64,000 nt of DNA from Candidatus Parcubacteria bacterium. GTDB taxonomy: Bacteria; Patescibacteriota; Minisyncoccia; Phycocordibacterales; JAACPR01. The notes beneath the pieces are model-generated. The model had not been told where the DNA came from and did no database searches. It saw nothing but the letters and a program-made list of their open reading frames with translations. The position numbers and the translations under genes were made by a program. Each line of letters begins with the position of its first letter. Position 1 is the first letter of the stretch. Positions 38,390 to 47,884 of the stretch are shown piece after piece. The stretch spans positions 14,428-78,427 of the forward strand of contig JAACPR010000002.1 of NCBI GenBank assembly GCA_009995365.1, given 5' to 3'.

Positions 38390-40867
38390 ATGCCAGCCAA
38401 AAAAACCTCAGCAAAAAAAACAGATAAAAAAACTACCAAAAATAAACGAGAAAAAGTCGTCATACTAGATTCGCATGCAATCCTGCATCGCGCCTACCAC
38501 GCTTTGCCTGATTTCTCGTCTAGTAGCGGGGAACCAACCGGCGCAATTTATGGACTTTCCATGATGATAATTTCTATTATCAAACAATTTAAACCAGACT
38601 ACATTTTGGCTGCTTTTGATTTGCCAAAACCGACTTATCGACACGAGGCATACACTGATTACAAGGCGGGCAGGAAAAAATCAGATCCAGAATTAGTTTC
38701 TCAAATAAAGCGCGCTTATGATTTCTACAGAGCTTTTAATATTCCTGTCTACGAGGTAGAAGGGTATGAGGCCGACGATGTTTTAGGGACTCTGGCTGGA
38801 GAGCTTAAGAAAAATTACGATGTGATTATTGCCTCTGGTGATATGGATACTTTGCAATTAGTTGATGGCGACAAGGTCAAAGTTTTCACTCTAAAGAAGG
38901 GGATAAAAGACACAATTATTTATAATGAAGACGGTGTTAAAGATAGATTTGGTTTTGATCCCGAGCTTCTTCCTGATTACAAGGGGCTGCGCGGAGATGC
39001 ATCTGACAACATTATTGGAATTCCAGGAGTTGGTGAAAAGACTGCGACAACACTAATCACAGAATTTGGTTCAATCGAAAATATCTATAAAACTCTAGAG
39101 AAAAACCCTGAAAAATTTGAAGAAGCCGGAATCAAACCTCGTATTCAAAACTTATTAAAAGAAAATAAAGAAGAGGCAGAATTTAGCAAGATGCTGGCGA
39201 CTATTCAGTGCGACGTGCCGGTCAAAGCAAAACTACCGAAAGAAAATTGGTTAGATTCAGTTTCCGTCGATAAAATCAACAAGCTTTTCATGGATATGGA
39301 ATTTCGTTCACTTTCAGCTCGATTGAAAGAAATTATTCCAGAGGTCGTATCGGAAAATGAAGAAAAGGAAGGAAAAGGAGGTAAAAACAATAGCGATCTT
39401 GGTGGACTATTTGGGCAAGGCGAGGCGGGTGATAAAGATGAAAAGTCCGATAACAAACCAGTCAATTACGATCCAAAAATTCTAGAAGAAGCCAAAGTAG
39501 GGCTTTGGCTGATTAATTCTTCGCTGACAAATCCAGATATAGAAGATGTTTTGGGTCACACCAAGGAAGATGATTTGGAAAAGGCTTATCAAAAAATTCA
39601 GAAAGAATTGAAAGAAAAAGATTTAATTGATTTGTTTGAAAAAATTGAAAAGCCTTTAATTCCGATAATTAAAAAAATGGAAGAGAATGGTATAAAAATT
39701 GATAAAAAATTTCTGACGAATCTTTCCGAGAAATATCATGTCGAATTAGATCAACTTCAAAAAGATATTTATAAAATGTCTGGGGAGGAATTTAATATAA
39801 ATTCACCTCAACAAATGGCAGAAGTTTTGTTTGTGAAAATGGGGTTACGTTATAAAGGTATGAGAAAAACTTCTACTGGGAAATTTTCAACTAAAGAAGA
39901 AGTTTTACAAAAATTGCGTGGCGAACACGAGATTGTCGACAAAATTTTGGAATATCGAGAGATTCAAAAATTGCTTTCTACTTATATTGATAATATTCCG
40001 AAATTGGTTTCGGAGGAGGACGGGCGACTACATGCAACTTTTGCTCAGACAGGAACTACAACAGGGAGAATGGCTTCAAATAATCCAAACTTGCAGAATA
40101 TTCCTATCGGCTCAGAGCGTGGCAAGAAAATTCGCGCAGGTTTTGTGCCCGAAAAAGGTAAAGTTTTTTGTGCTTTTGATTATTCACAAGTTGAATTGAG
40201 AATCGCTGCTTTTCTGTCGGGCGATGAAAAATTAATTTCAGTTTTTAAAGAGGGGAGAGATATTCATAGCGCTGTTGCGAGCGAGGTCTTTGATGTTCCA
40301 GAAGATCAAGTAACCAAAGAGATGCGTCGCCAAGCGAAAGTGATCAATTTTGGAATTTTATATGGAATGGGAGTTAATGCTTTGAAAGATAATTTGGGTT
40401 CTGACAGAAAAACTGCTCAAGAATTCTATAATAAATATTTTGGAGTCTATACTGGACTAGCCGATTATCTAGAAAATACAAAAAAAGAAGCAGAACAAAA
40501 AGGTTATACAACAACATTATTTGGTCGCCGTAGATATTTTGAAGGGTTCAAGTCTAAATTGCCTTTTATTCGAGCTGCCGCGGAAAGAATGGCGATTAAC
40601 GCCCCGATTCAGGGAACGAGCGCTGATTTAATAAAACTGGCTATGGTAGAGATAGATAGATATCTGTCTGAAAATAAACTTGAAGATAAAATTAAATTGA
40701 TTTTGCAAATCCATGACGAAGTTATTTATGAAGTTGACGAGGTCGAAGTTGAAAAACATGCTTTAAAAATCAAGCAAATAATGGAGTCTATTATAGACAC
40801 TAACAAGACAAAAGGTGTTAATTTAGAGGCTGATTATTCTGTTGGAAATAATTGGAAAGAGGTTTAA
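38390..40867 (+). CDS. polA: DNA polymerase I (5'-3' exonuclease + polymerase, vestigial 3'-5' exonuclease region)
   Basis: EADDVLGT, GDASDNIIG, TGRMASNNPNLQNIP, DYSQVELR, AKVINFGILYG, QIHDE. Confidence 0.96.
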   Translation: MPAKKTSAKKTDKKTTKNKREKVVILDSHAILHRAYHALPDFSSSSGEPTGAIYGLSMMIISIIKQFKPDYILAAFDLPKPTYRHEAYTDYKAGRKKSDPELVSQIKRAYDFYRAFNIPVYEVEGYEADDVLGTLAGELKKNYDVIIASGDMDTLQLVDGDKVKVFTLKKGIKDTIIYNEDGVKDRFGFDPELLPDYKGLRGDASDNIIGIPGVGEKTATTLITEFGSIENIYKTLEKNPEKFEEAGIKPRIQNLLKENKEEAEFSKMLATIQCDVPVKAKLPKENWLDSVSVDKINKLFMDMEFRSLSARLKEIIPEVVSENEEKEGKGGKNNSDLGGLFGQGEAGDKDEKSDNKPVNYDPKILEEAKVGLWLINSSLTNPDIEDVLGHTKEDDLEKAYQKIQKELKEKDLIDLFEKIEKPLIPIIKKMEENGIKIDKKFLTNLSEKYHVELDQLQKDIYKMSGEEFNINSPQQMAEVLFVKMGLRYKGMRKTSTGKFSTKEEVLQKLRGEHEIVDKILEYREIQKLLSTYIDNIPKLVSEEDGRLHATFAQTGTTTGRMASNNPNLQNIPIGSERGKKIRAGFVPEKGKVFCAFDYSQVELRIAAFLSGDEKLISVFKEGRDIHSAVASEVFDVPEDQVTKEMRRQAKVINFGILYGMGVNALKDNLGSDRKTAQEFYNKYFGVYTGLADYLENTKKEAEQKGYTTTLFGRRRYFEGFKSKLPFIRAAAERMAINAPIQGTSADLIKLAMVEIDRYLSENKLEDKIKLILQIHDEVIYEVDEVEVEKHALKIKQIMESIIDTNKTKGVNLEADYSVGNNWKEV

Positions 40868-40878
40868 AAATAAAAACC

Positions 40879-40906
40879 TTGACATTGTGTTGTAATTCTA
40901 TATTAT
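40879..40906 (+). promoter_or_regulatory. Strong sigma70-type promoter
   Basis: TTGACA-N16-TATTAT. Confidence 0.7.
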
Positions 40907-40911
40907 AGCGG

Positions 40912-41119
40912 CAGAACTTGATTGAGATCTTTCTATATTTTTGGAGAATCCCGACTTTTACTTTCCTGAATTCCGCCCTTACCTTTCGGGGCGGCCTCCA
41001 AAAAACAAGGCTGAACTAGATAATCTAGATTCAGCAACAGATTCAATACTCATCTCATCCACCTCGACCCATGAGTGAATCTGGAGGTCTACGCTGCTCG
41101 GTAGCGTAGGCCTTTTTTT
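40912..41119 (+). ncRNA. Candidate ~200-nt stand-alone structured RNA
   Basis: Bounded by its own promoter and terminator. Stems TTTTTGGAG/CTCCAAAAA, CCGCCC/GGGCGG, GCTGAA/TTCAGC, CAGATTCA..ACTCAT/ATGAGTGAATCTG. No credible ORF. Confidence 0.5.
41085..41119 (+). terminator. Intrinsic terminator
   Basis: AGGTCTACGCTGC-TCG-GTAGCGTAGGCCT + T-run. Confidence 0.85.
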
Positions 41120-41137
41120 GTTTGTATAATTGAATTC

Positions 41138-41848
41138 ATGATTTATTTTATCTACGGAGATTCCAATAAAATTTTTACCAAAACTAATGACCTTATTAAT
41201 TCACTGATTAGCAAGAATACGGATGCCACTTTTACAAAAATAGAATCTGATAATTTTGATGATTTTAGTTTAGATGAAATTATTGGAGGGCAGTCTCTTT
41301 TTACGGGGAAGCAGATAATCTACCTAAAAAGACTTTTTGAAAATACACAGTCGCGCGACTTGCTACTTGAAAGGATTAAAGAAATTTCACAATCACCTAA
41401 TATTTTTATTATTACAGAAGAAAAACTTAATAAGCCAATTTTCAATAAAATAGAAAAAGTTTCAGAGAAAGTTCAAAATTTTGAATCTAAAAGAGTCGCC
41501 GCAAAAAAAGATAATAATATTTTCGATTTAGCTAATGCGTTAGGGGATAGAGACCTTAAAAAACTTTGGTCACTATATCAAGAAAAGGTAAAAACCGTTC
41601 GCCCCGAAGAAATTCACGGAATTTTATGGTGGCAAGTCAAAAGCATTTTATCTGCAATCAAATCTGAAAATCCAAAAGATTCAGGACTTAAACCTTTTGT
41701 GTTTCAAAAAGCCAAAAGTTTTTCAAGAAAATATGAAAAAGATGAAATTGAAAAGCTAGCAAATGATTTGGTTAACATAGTCCATTCATCCAGAAGAAGT
41801 GGTATTCCACTCGATCTGGCACTAGAGAAAGTGATTCTAAGTCTTTAA
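41138..41848 (+). CDS. holA: DNA polymerase III delta subunit-like (short HolA)
   Basis: MIYFIYG, QSLF, NIFDLANALGDRD, PFVFQKA, LALEKVIL pattern. Shorter than canonical HolA. Confidence 0.75.
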   Translation: MIYFIYGDSNKIFTKTNDLINSLISKNTDATFTKIESDNFDDFSLDEIIGGQSLFTGKQIIYLKRLFENTQSRDLLLERIKEISQSPNIFIITEEKLNKPIFNKIEKVSEKVQNFESKRVAAKKDNNIFDLANALGDRDLKKLWSLYQEKVKTVRPEEIHGILWWQVKSILSAIKSENPKDSGLKPFVFQKAKSFSRKYEKDEIEKLANDLVNIVHSSRRSGIPLDLALEKVILSL

Positions 41849-41878
41849 AATGCTCTTTAAAGAATTTTTTTAAAAATG

Positions 41879-41951
41879 TCCGTCCAGCAGGACTCGAACC
41901 TGCGACCCTCTGCTTAAAAGGCAGGTGCTCTACCAGCTGAGCTATGGACGG
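41879..41951 (-). tRNA. tRNA-Lys(TTT)
   Basis: CCGTCCA acceptor stem, TAGCTCAGCTGGTAGAGC D-arm, anticodon loop CTTTTAA, GGTTCGAGTCC T-arm. CCA not encoded. Confidence 0.95.
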
Positions 41952-42056
41952 TTAATGAAAAAGACTATACTAAATTTTAATAAAAAAGTCTAATTTTAAC
42001 AAACAAAAAACAAATAATTATTATAATATAGAAAATATAGTATAATATTTTCACAT

Positions 42057-42323
42057 ATGTCAGACTTTAAATTTGAAGAAGAAAATCCATACGCCAATAA
42101 AAGGAAAGTTAAAAAAACTAAAAAAAGTTTTGTTGATTGGTTTTATAAAAAAAGCCCATTAGAAGATAAAACTGATAAAAAAATATTAGAAGTTTTATCA
42201 ATAGTGCTTTTTGGTCTAGCTATTTTTATGCTGATGGTAACTTTTTATTACTCAGACAAAAAAGAACAAGAAAAAATTGAAAATTTTAAGAGTCGCGTAG
42301 AAAACACACGAAGCGTTCGGTAA
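42057..42323 (+). CDS. Small single-TM hypothetical protein
   Basis: ORF with one TM segment, TATAAT shortly upstream. Confidence 0.7.
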   Translation: MSDFKFEEENPYANKRKVKKTKKSFVDWFYKKSPLEDKTDKKILEVLSIVLFGLAIFMLMVTFYYSDKKEQEKIENFKSRVENTRSVR

Positions 42324-42332
42324 ATCTAATAA

Positions 42333-42731
42333 CTACATTGGAAAATCTATCGCAAATAATCCTGGTCCAAGAAACAGAAAGCTTAAACTAATTATTGAAA
42401 GTGTTAAATAAAGTAATTTTGTTTGACCTAGTGTATTTTCTTTATCTACAAAAATTAGACTGAATAATAAATAACTAATGACTAGGCATGAAATTTGTGT
42501 CAAAAAACCTACTGTCATAAATAAGGAACTCAAGATGAAGGTTAGACCGAAAACCCAAATATAAATTGAGCTGATCGGTGTTTTTATTTTATTTATTTTT
42601 TTGATTAAAATTTTCCTTTTTGAAAATAAAAATTGATGGCTCAGGTATAGACATGTTAGTCCTACTGCTATTCTTACTATAAAAATACCTAATAAATAAA
42701 GGAATAGAAATTGTGGAAAAATACTTAGCAT
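42333..42731 (-). CDS. DoxX-like membrane protein
   Basis: Four TM helices, R.AVG, GFLTQ, GPGLFAID. Confidence 0.75.
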   Translation of the reverse strand: MLSIFPQFLFLYLLGIFIVRIAVGLTCLYLSHQFLFSKRKILIKKINKIKTPISSIYIWVFGLTFILSSLFMTVGFLTQISCLVISYLLFSLIFVDKENTLGQTKLLYLTLSIISLSFLFLGPGLFAIDFPM

Positions 42732-42781
42732 AAGTGTAGTATATCAGAAAAGATTAATTACGATTGGTCTAATAATAAAAA

Positions 42782-43273
42782 ATGTCGATAACTAATAAAA
42801 TTCAAAAAAATATTATACTTCATAATATTCGAAGTGTCTTGAATGTTGGTGCAATTTTTAGAACAGCGGATGCTATTGGAATTGATAAGGTTTATATTTC
42901 AGGTCATACACCTGCGCCGATTGATAGATTTGGTAGGGAGAGAAATGATATTAAAAAAACCGCATTGGGAGCTGAGAAAAGTGTCGAGTGGGAGGAAATC
43001 GAAGATATCTACAAATTAATTGATAAATTAAAAAAAGAAGAACATAAAATTATCGCACTTGAACAATCAGAAAAATCAATTGATTATAAAGAAGTTAAAA
43101 AACATATTAGTGGTAATGTCACCATAATCTTGGGTAGTGAGACCAAAGGTGTTGATCAGAAAGTTCTAGACCAAAGTGATTTTATTGCAGAGATACCAAT
43201 GATGGGGGAGAAAGAATCATTAAATGTATCTGTAGCGACAGGTATCTTGTTATATAGTTTGTTCGACAATTAA
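42782..43273 (+). CDS. TrmH/SpoU family RNA methyltransferase
   Basis: NIRSVLNVGAIFRTADA, LGSETKGV, IPMMGEKESLNVSVA. Confidence 0.92.
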   Translation: MSITNKIQKNIILHNIRSVLNVGAIFRTADAIGIDKVYISGHTPAPIDRFGRERNDIKKTALGAEKSVEWEEIEDIYKLIDKLKKEEHKIIALEQSEKSIDYKEVKKHISGNVTIILGSETKGVDQKVLDQSDFIAEIPMMGEKESLNVSVATGILLYSLFDN

Positions 43274-43275
43274 TT

Positions 43276-44223
43276 TCAACTAATTAATTTTTGATGTGTG
43301 TCGCAAAAATGGGCACTCCTGCCACCGACAACTTTTCTAGCTATTGTTCCATCGCAACCCTTTTTCAAACATTTTTCTTCTTTTCTTCTGTAAACTTTGT
43401 GGTGTTTTTGAAAATTACCAGGTGTTCCATCTGGTTGTCTATAGTCAGATGTTGAGTCTCCGCCAAAATCTATACCTTTGTTCAAGACATTTTTGATATT
43501 TTTCAACAGTGCACCGATTTTTTCCGCGGTTAAATTTTCTGGTTTTTCTTCAGGATGAATTCCCGTTAACCATAAAGCTTCGTCAGAATAAATATTACCA
43601 ATACCAGATATTAACTCTTGTTCCATCAAGATATTTTTTATTCTGCCATCTGGTTTTTTGTTTAAAATCTTTGTAAAAGTTTTTTTGTCGAATTTTTTTG
43701 TTGTCGGGTCAGGCCCAAGATTTTTCAAATCTTTGTGATTATTTATTTTCCCATCTTTAATTAAGCAGACTTTTGCAAACCTCCTCGCATCAGATAAAAC
43801 CAAAAACTTACCATTTGATAATTCAAAGACTAACCTGATATATCCATTAAATTTATCTTGAAGAGGTCCGCTTTCATCTGCCACCCACCCAAAAACTTTT
43901 TCTCTTATGCCGTTAGACATCTCTTCGAGATTTGCTCTTTTATATTTTCCATATAAAAGGTGCCCCGTCATTTTCATGTGGATTAATATAGTTTTTGGCC
44001 CTTCAATATTTAAAAGAACATTTTTTCCGATTCTATCTGAAGATTTTATTTTTTTGCCGACTACTTCTTTTTTAAAATTTAAAAAATATTTAGGATCTTT
44101 AATGTTTTCTTTTCCATAAAAATATTTACTGTTGTAATTAGTCCAAACAGAAACAATTTCGAGACCTGGCAGTATCTCGTTTAATTTTTTTGCTGTTGTT
44201 GTTACTTCTGGCAATTCTGGCAT
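43276..44223 (-). CDS. mutM: Formamidopyrimidine-DNA glycosylase
   Basis: MPELPEV, IHMKMTG, D.RRF, GIGNIYSDE, C-terminal zinc finger (C..C...C..H). Confidence 0.95.
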   Translation of the reverse strand: MPELPEVTTTAKKLNEILPGLEIVSVWTNYNSKYFYGKENIKDPKYFLNFKKEVVGKKIKSSDRIGKNVLLNIEGPKTILIHMKMTGHLLYGKYKRANLEEMSNGIREKVFGWVADESGPLQDKFNGYIRLVFELSNGKFLVLSDARRFAKVCLIKDGKINNHKDLKNLGPDPTTKKFDKKTFTKILNKKPDGRIKNILMEQELISGIGNIYSDEALWLTGIHPEEKPENLTAEKIGALLKNIKNVLNKGIDFGGDSTSDYRQPDGTPGNFQKHHKVYRRKEEKCLKKGCDGTIARKVVGGRSAHFCDTHQKLIS

Positions 44224-44248
44224 ATTTTTGTGTTAGAATAATTAATTA

Positions 44249-45154
44249 ATGGATAAGTGGGTTCCTCTAATTTGTATTATTTTTTCAGCTATACTTGTGT
44301 TAGTGGCTTATTCTCTGTGGAATCTAAACATCACTGATGCATCAGATAATACCATAAAAAAAGGATTGCAAATAAAGGGAGATTCTATTGAAGATATTTT
44401 TTCTAAACACAAAATATTACTTGTCCCGGGTCATGATCTAGAAAATTATGGAGCAAAGTTTAACGACTTAAAAGAAGAAGAAATTAATCTAGAGCTTTCA
44501 AAAATTATTTACAATCTATTTGAAAAGGACGAGAGATTTGATGTATTTATTACTAGAAACGAGAATGGCTACACAAAAGAATTCAGCGATTATTTTACAA
44601 ATCAAAAAGAGGAAATCGACAATTTTATCTACGAGAATAAAGAAAAGACTAGGGATAGTTATAGAAATGGTGAATTTGAACCTGTCCGAGTAGTAGAGCA
44701 CAATCTGGCTGCCAAAGACGTTGCTTTTAAGTTATACGGAATAAATAAATGGGTAAACGATAATGAAATTGATTTAGTGGTTCATGTTCATTTTAATGAT
44801 TATCCTCGAGATAATATGGATATAGCAGGAAAGTATAACGGTTTTTCAATTTACATACCCTCTAATAATTTAACAGGGTATGACGGTGCTAAAAAGATAG
44901 CAAAAAATTTGAGAGAAAATTTAGGTAAGTTTTTCAATGAAAGTAATTTGCCTGTAGAAAAAGATATTATTATCAAGAATTCTGATTTGATAGCGGTGGG
45001 GTCCAATAACACGATCACAAATTCAATTCCGATTTTGGTCGAATACGGGTATATCTACGAAGATATTTTTTATAGAGAAGATCAGAGGGTAGGGAATCTG
45101 AATAAAGCCGCTTATCAAACATACGATTCAATTAGAAAAAACTTAACTAATTAG
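44249..45154 (+). CDS. N-acetylmuramoyl-L-alanine amidase (Amidase_3)
   Basis: TM anchor, LVPGH, E..IN, VHVHFN, ILVEYGY. Confidence 0.85.
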   Translation: MDKWVPLICIIFSAILVLVAYSLWNLNITDASDNTIKKGLQIKGDSIEDIFSKHKILLVPGHDLENYGAKFNDLKEEEINLELSKIIYNLFEKDERFDVFITRNENGYTKEFSDYFTNQKEEIDNFIYENKEKTRDSYRNGEFEPVRVVEHNLAAKDVAFKLYGINKWVNDNEIDLVVHVHFNDYPRDNMDIAGKYNGFSIYIPSNNLTGYDGAKKIAKNLRENLGKFFNESNLPVEKDIIIKNSDLIAVGSNNTITNSIPILVEYGYIYEDIFYREDQRVGNLNKAAYQTYDSIRKNLTN

Positions 45155-46430
45155 TTTTTGTAACTTTTTTAATTTCTTCTTTGGCAACTTCAAAATCTGA
45201 CCAAGGAGTTTTTTTATTATTTGCCTCCATTATATAAGGATCAGTTCCTTTACCGCTAATTAGCACAACTGAATTTTTACCTATTTTTTTGGCTTTTTCG
45301 ATAGCTGTATTTATTGCAATTCTGCGGTCCAGTATTTCATGAATTGGTTTTTTACTGTCTGAGATGGCAGAACTCATTTCCTTGATGATTTTTTTCGGAT
45401 CCTCATCATAAGGGTCTTCATTAGTTAGAATAATTTCCTCACAATATTTTTCTGCAATTTTTGCCATTTCAGGTCTTTTCCACTTGTCTCTACCGCCACC
45501 AGTATTTCCCAATACACACACCTTCTTTTTATTTGGAAAAGCTTTGTAAAGTTTTTCCAAAGAGTCGGCAGTGTGAGCGTAATCAACTATCACATCAAAC
45601 TCTTGACCTGCATCGACTTTTTGAACTCTACCCTTTACCACATCCAGATTTTCTACACCCTTTTTGATTGTTTCATGTGGTATACCTAATTCGTTTGCCA
45701 ATGTTGCTGCGGCTAAAATATTGTAAATATTAAATTCACCATTCAATTTTGAATAAAAAGTTGTTTTGTTAAATCGCATTTCTATTCCATCATCGTCGAT
45801 ATTGAAAGGTTTAACATCGGACAAAGAATAAGTTATTTTTTTGTCAGCTTTTTTCTCTAGGAAAAGTTCACTTTCAATATCATCTTTGTTTGCAACCAGA
45901 ATAGTGTTTTTCTTTGATTTGTTGTCCAAGTTATCAGCTATGTTTAATTTTGCTTGTCGGTATTTTTCATATGATCCGTGGGATTCTATGTGTTCAGGAG
46001 AAAGGTTTGTGAAAATAAAAGCATCAAGGTCTATGAATTTGTGTCGGAATTGTTTTGAGCCTTCAGATGTTATTTCTATAACTGCGTGACTACAACCTTC
46101 TTTTACGGCTTGATATAGAAATTTTTGCATAAAGAACCTGCCTGGCATCGACATCTTGTATTTATTGGCTTTGGATTCATCTCCAATTTTAAATCTAATT
46201 GTGTTTGATAGGGCGGTTTTATATCCAGCCGCTTCCAAAATGGAATTCATTATTTCTGTCGTTGTTGATTTTCCTTTCGTCCCGGTTATTCCAATTATGT
46301 GTATTTTTTTAGAAGGGAAGCGATAAATAATAGTGCCGATTAAAATTATTAAATAATGATAAGCAGGTTGAAAGAAGGTAAAGATTTTCTTCGGAATAAA
46401 TTTTTTGATTATGTTTAGTGTGTCTTGCAT
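45147..46430 (-). CDS. murE: UDP-MurNAc-tripeptide synthetase MurE
   Basis: GITGTKGKST, FTNLSPEHIE, GRVQ, VDYAHT, GGGRD, EDPYDEDP, SGKG. Confidence 0.9.
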   Translation of the reverse strand: MQDTLNIIKKFIPKKIFTFFQPAYHYLIILIGTIIYRFPSKKIHIIGITGTKGKSTTTEIMNSILEAAGYKTALSNTIRFKIGDESKANKYKMSMPGRFFMQKFLYQAVKEGCSHAVIEITSEGSKQFRHKFIDLDAFIFTNLSPEHIESHGSYEKYRQAKLNIADNLDNKSKKNTILVANKDDIESELFLEKKADKKITYSLSDVKPFNIDDDGIEMRFNKTTFYSKLNGEFNIYNILAAATLANELGIPHETIKKGVENLDVVKGRVQKVDAGQEFDVIVDYAHTADSLEKLYKAFPNKKKVCVLGNTGGGRDKWKRPEMAKIAEKYCEEIILTNEDPYDEDPKKIIKEMSSAISDSKKPIHEILDRRIAINTAIEKAKKIGKNSVVLISGKGTDPYIMEANNKKTPWSDFEVAKEEIKKVTKTN

Positions 46431-46431
46431 T

Positions 46432-47007
46432 TTAATTACTTAAATCTTTTAAAGCTTTCTTGATAATATCTTCTGGGTTCTCTAATCCTTTAATCTTGCT
46501 GACAGTCTCGCGTGCGTCTCTTTCTGAATATCCTAGAGAGACGAGAGCATCTATCGCTACAACATTATGATTTTCTGAATTATTTGTGTTGTTTTCGCCA
46601 AATTCAGTTGTTCCTAGTTTATCTTTTAAAGATACAACTATTTTCTCTGCCGTTTTTTTGCCTATACCCGACATTTTTGATAAGTAGGCAGGATCGTTAG
46701 ATTGTATTCCAGATATTAATGTTTCGGCTGTTGCGTTGCTTAGGATTGAGATGGCAGATTTTGGTCCGACACCCGAAATTGTTAATAATAACTTGAACAA
46801 AGATAAGTCCTTTTTTTCTTTAAAACCATAAAGATCTAGCGCGTTTTCTCTAACCGCTAAATAGGTCCAGATAGATATTTCGTTGCCTGCTTCAGCTATT
46901 TGTAGTAAATCCGGTGTTGAATGAATCAAATATCCTACACCGTTTACACTTAAAATTATTGAGTCTAAGTTTGTTTCTATTATTTTACCTTCGAGGTATG
47001 AAATCAT
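46432..47007 (-). CDS. ruvA: Holliday junction branch migration protein RuvA
   Basis: MISYLEG, GVGY, LYGF, SGVGPKSA, GIGKKTAEKI, ALVSLGY. Confidence 0.96.
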   Translation of the reverse strand: MISYLEGKIIETNLDSIILSVNGVGYLIHSTPDLLQIAEAGNEISIWTYLAVRENALDLYGFKEKKDLSLFKLLLTISGVGPKSAISILSNATAETLISGIQSNDPAYLSKMSGIGKKTAEKIVVSLKDKLGTTEFGENNTNNSENHNVVAIDALVSLGYSERDARETVSKIKGLENPEDIIKKALKDLSN

Positions 47008-47115
47008 CTTGTTTTTAATGATATCAAATTAAACCAACTGTTCCAGTTGTATGAAAAGCTTTTTCATTGTTTTCTATTGCTTTTTATTCCGTCTTTTGAT
47101 AAAGTCTTTTCACTT

Positions 47116-47388
47116 ATGGCAATTACAAAATCAGCAAAAAAAGAAATTAGAGCTAGCGAAAAGAAAGCGGTTTTCAACCTGCGTCGCAAAAGGACAATGA
47201 AAGCAGCAATAAAAGAGATCGATGAATTATTAAAAGAGAACAAAATCGACGAAGCTCAAAAGAAATTAAGTGAAGCTTACAAGGCGATAGACAAGGCAGC
47301 TAAAATGAATACTATAAAGAAAAATACTGCTTCTAGAACTAAATCTAGATTATCTGCAAAAATTAAAAAAGCTAAGACAACTAAATAA
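47116..47388 (+). CDS. rpsT: 30S ribosomal protein S20
   Basis: MAITKSAKKEIR...AIDKAAK...KNTASRTKSRL. True start is the ATG at 47116. Confidence 0.95.
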   Translation: MAITKSAKKEIRASEKKAVFNLRRKRTMKAAIKEIDELLKENKIDEAQKKLSEAYKAIDKAAKMNTIKKNTASRTKSRLSAKIKKAKTTK

Positions 47389-47423
47389 ATAAAAAATCTC
47401 GTCTGACACGAGATTTTTTATTT
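47387..47423 (+). terminator. Intrinsic terminator after rpsT
   Basis: AAAAAATCTCGT-loop-ACGAGATTTTTT. Confidence 0.8.
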
Positions 47424-47605
47424 GACTATTTTCATTAATAAAATTAAGATTGGTGAACGTGGCTCCCGTATGCGAAGCATACATGAGCTGCGTTCGGACG
47501 AAATATGAATAAATTCCTATTTCGCTCCTCAATTGCTCCTGTAAGAATATCTTGCGGGAGCATCACTCGGATGATATGAAAATAAATTTTCATCCATCCT
47601 CGTTT

Positions 47606-47677
47606 GCTCCCGTAGTTCAACGGATAGAATACAAGTTTGCGGAACTTGCGATCCAGGTTCGATTCCTGGCGGGAGCA
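47606..47677 (+). tRNA. tRNA-Arg(GCG)
   Basis: GCTCCCG/CGGGAGC acceptor stem, anticodon arm CAAGT-TTGCGGA-ACTTG, GGTTCGATTCC T-arm. Confidence 0.92.
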
Positions 47678-47725
47678 CATAAAACAAAGAGGTAGGCACG
47701 TAAGTGTCTACCGATTTTGTTTTAG

Positions 47726-47858
47726 TGTGCCCGTAGGAATCGAAAGACGGAGACCGCGAAGCCGACGAACGATAGTTCGTCGTAGGTCGAGTCGGGGCAG
47801 CAGATACTTATGAGCGTAGCGAATTAGTAATCTGCGCCGAGTCCTCGTGGGAGCACCA
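47726..47858. repeat. tRNA-3'-end-derived repeat element downstream of tRNA-Arg
   Basis: Inverted degenerate copy of the tRNA 3' end (47726-47744) and direct degenerate copy ending in CCA (47838-47858), enclosing GC-rich hairpins. Confidence 0.55.
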
Positions 47859-47884
47859 AAAAAAAGAGAATAGAAAGATATTAG

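Noticed and set aside
47444-47680. 78-aa minus-strand ORF
   Set aside because: Antisense shadow of tRNA-Arg.
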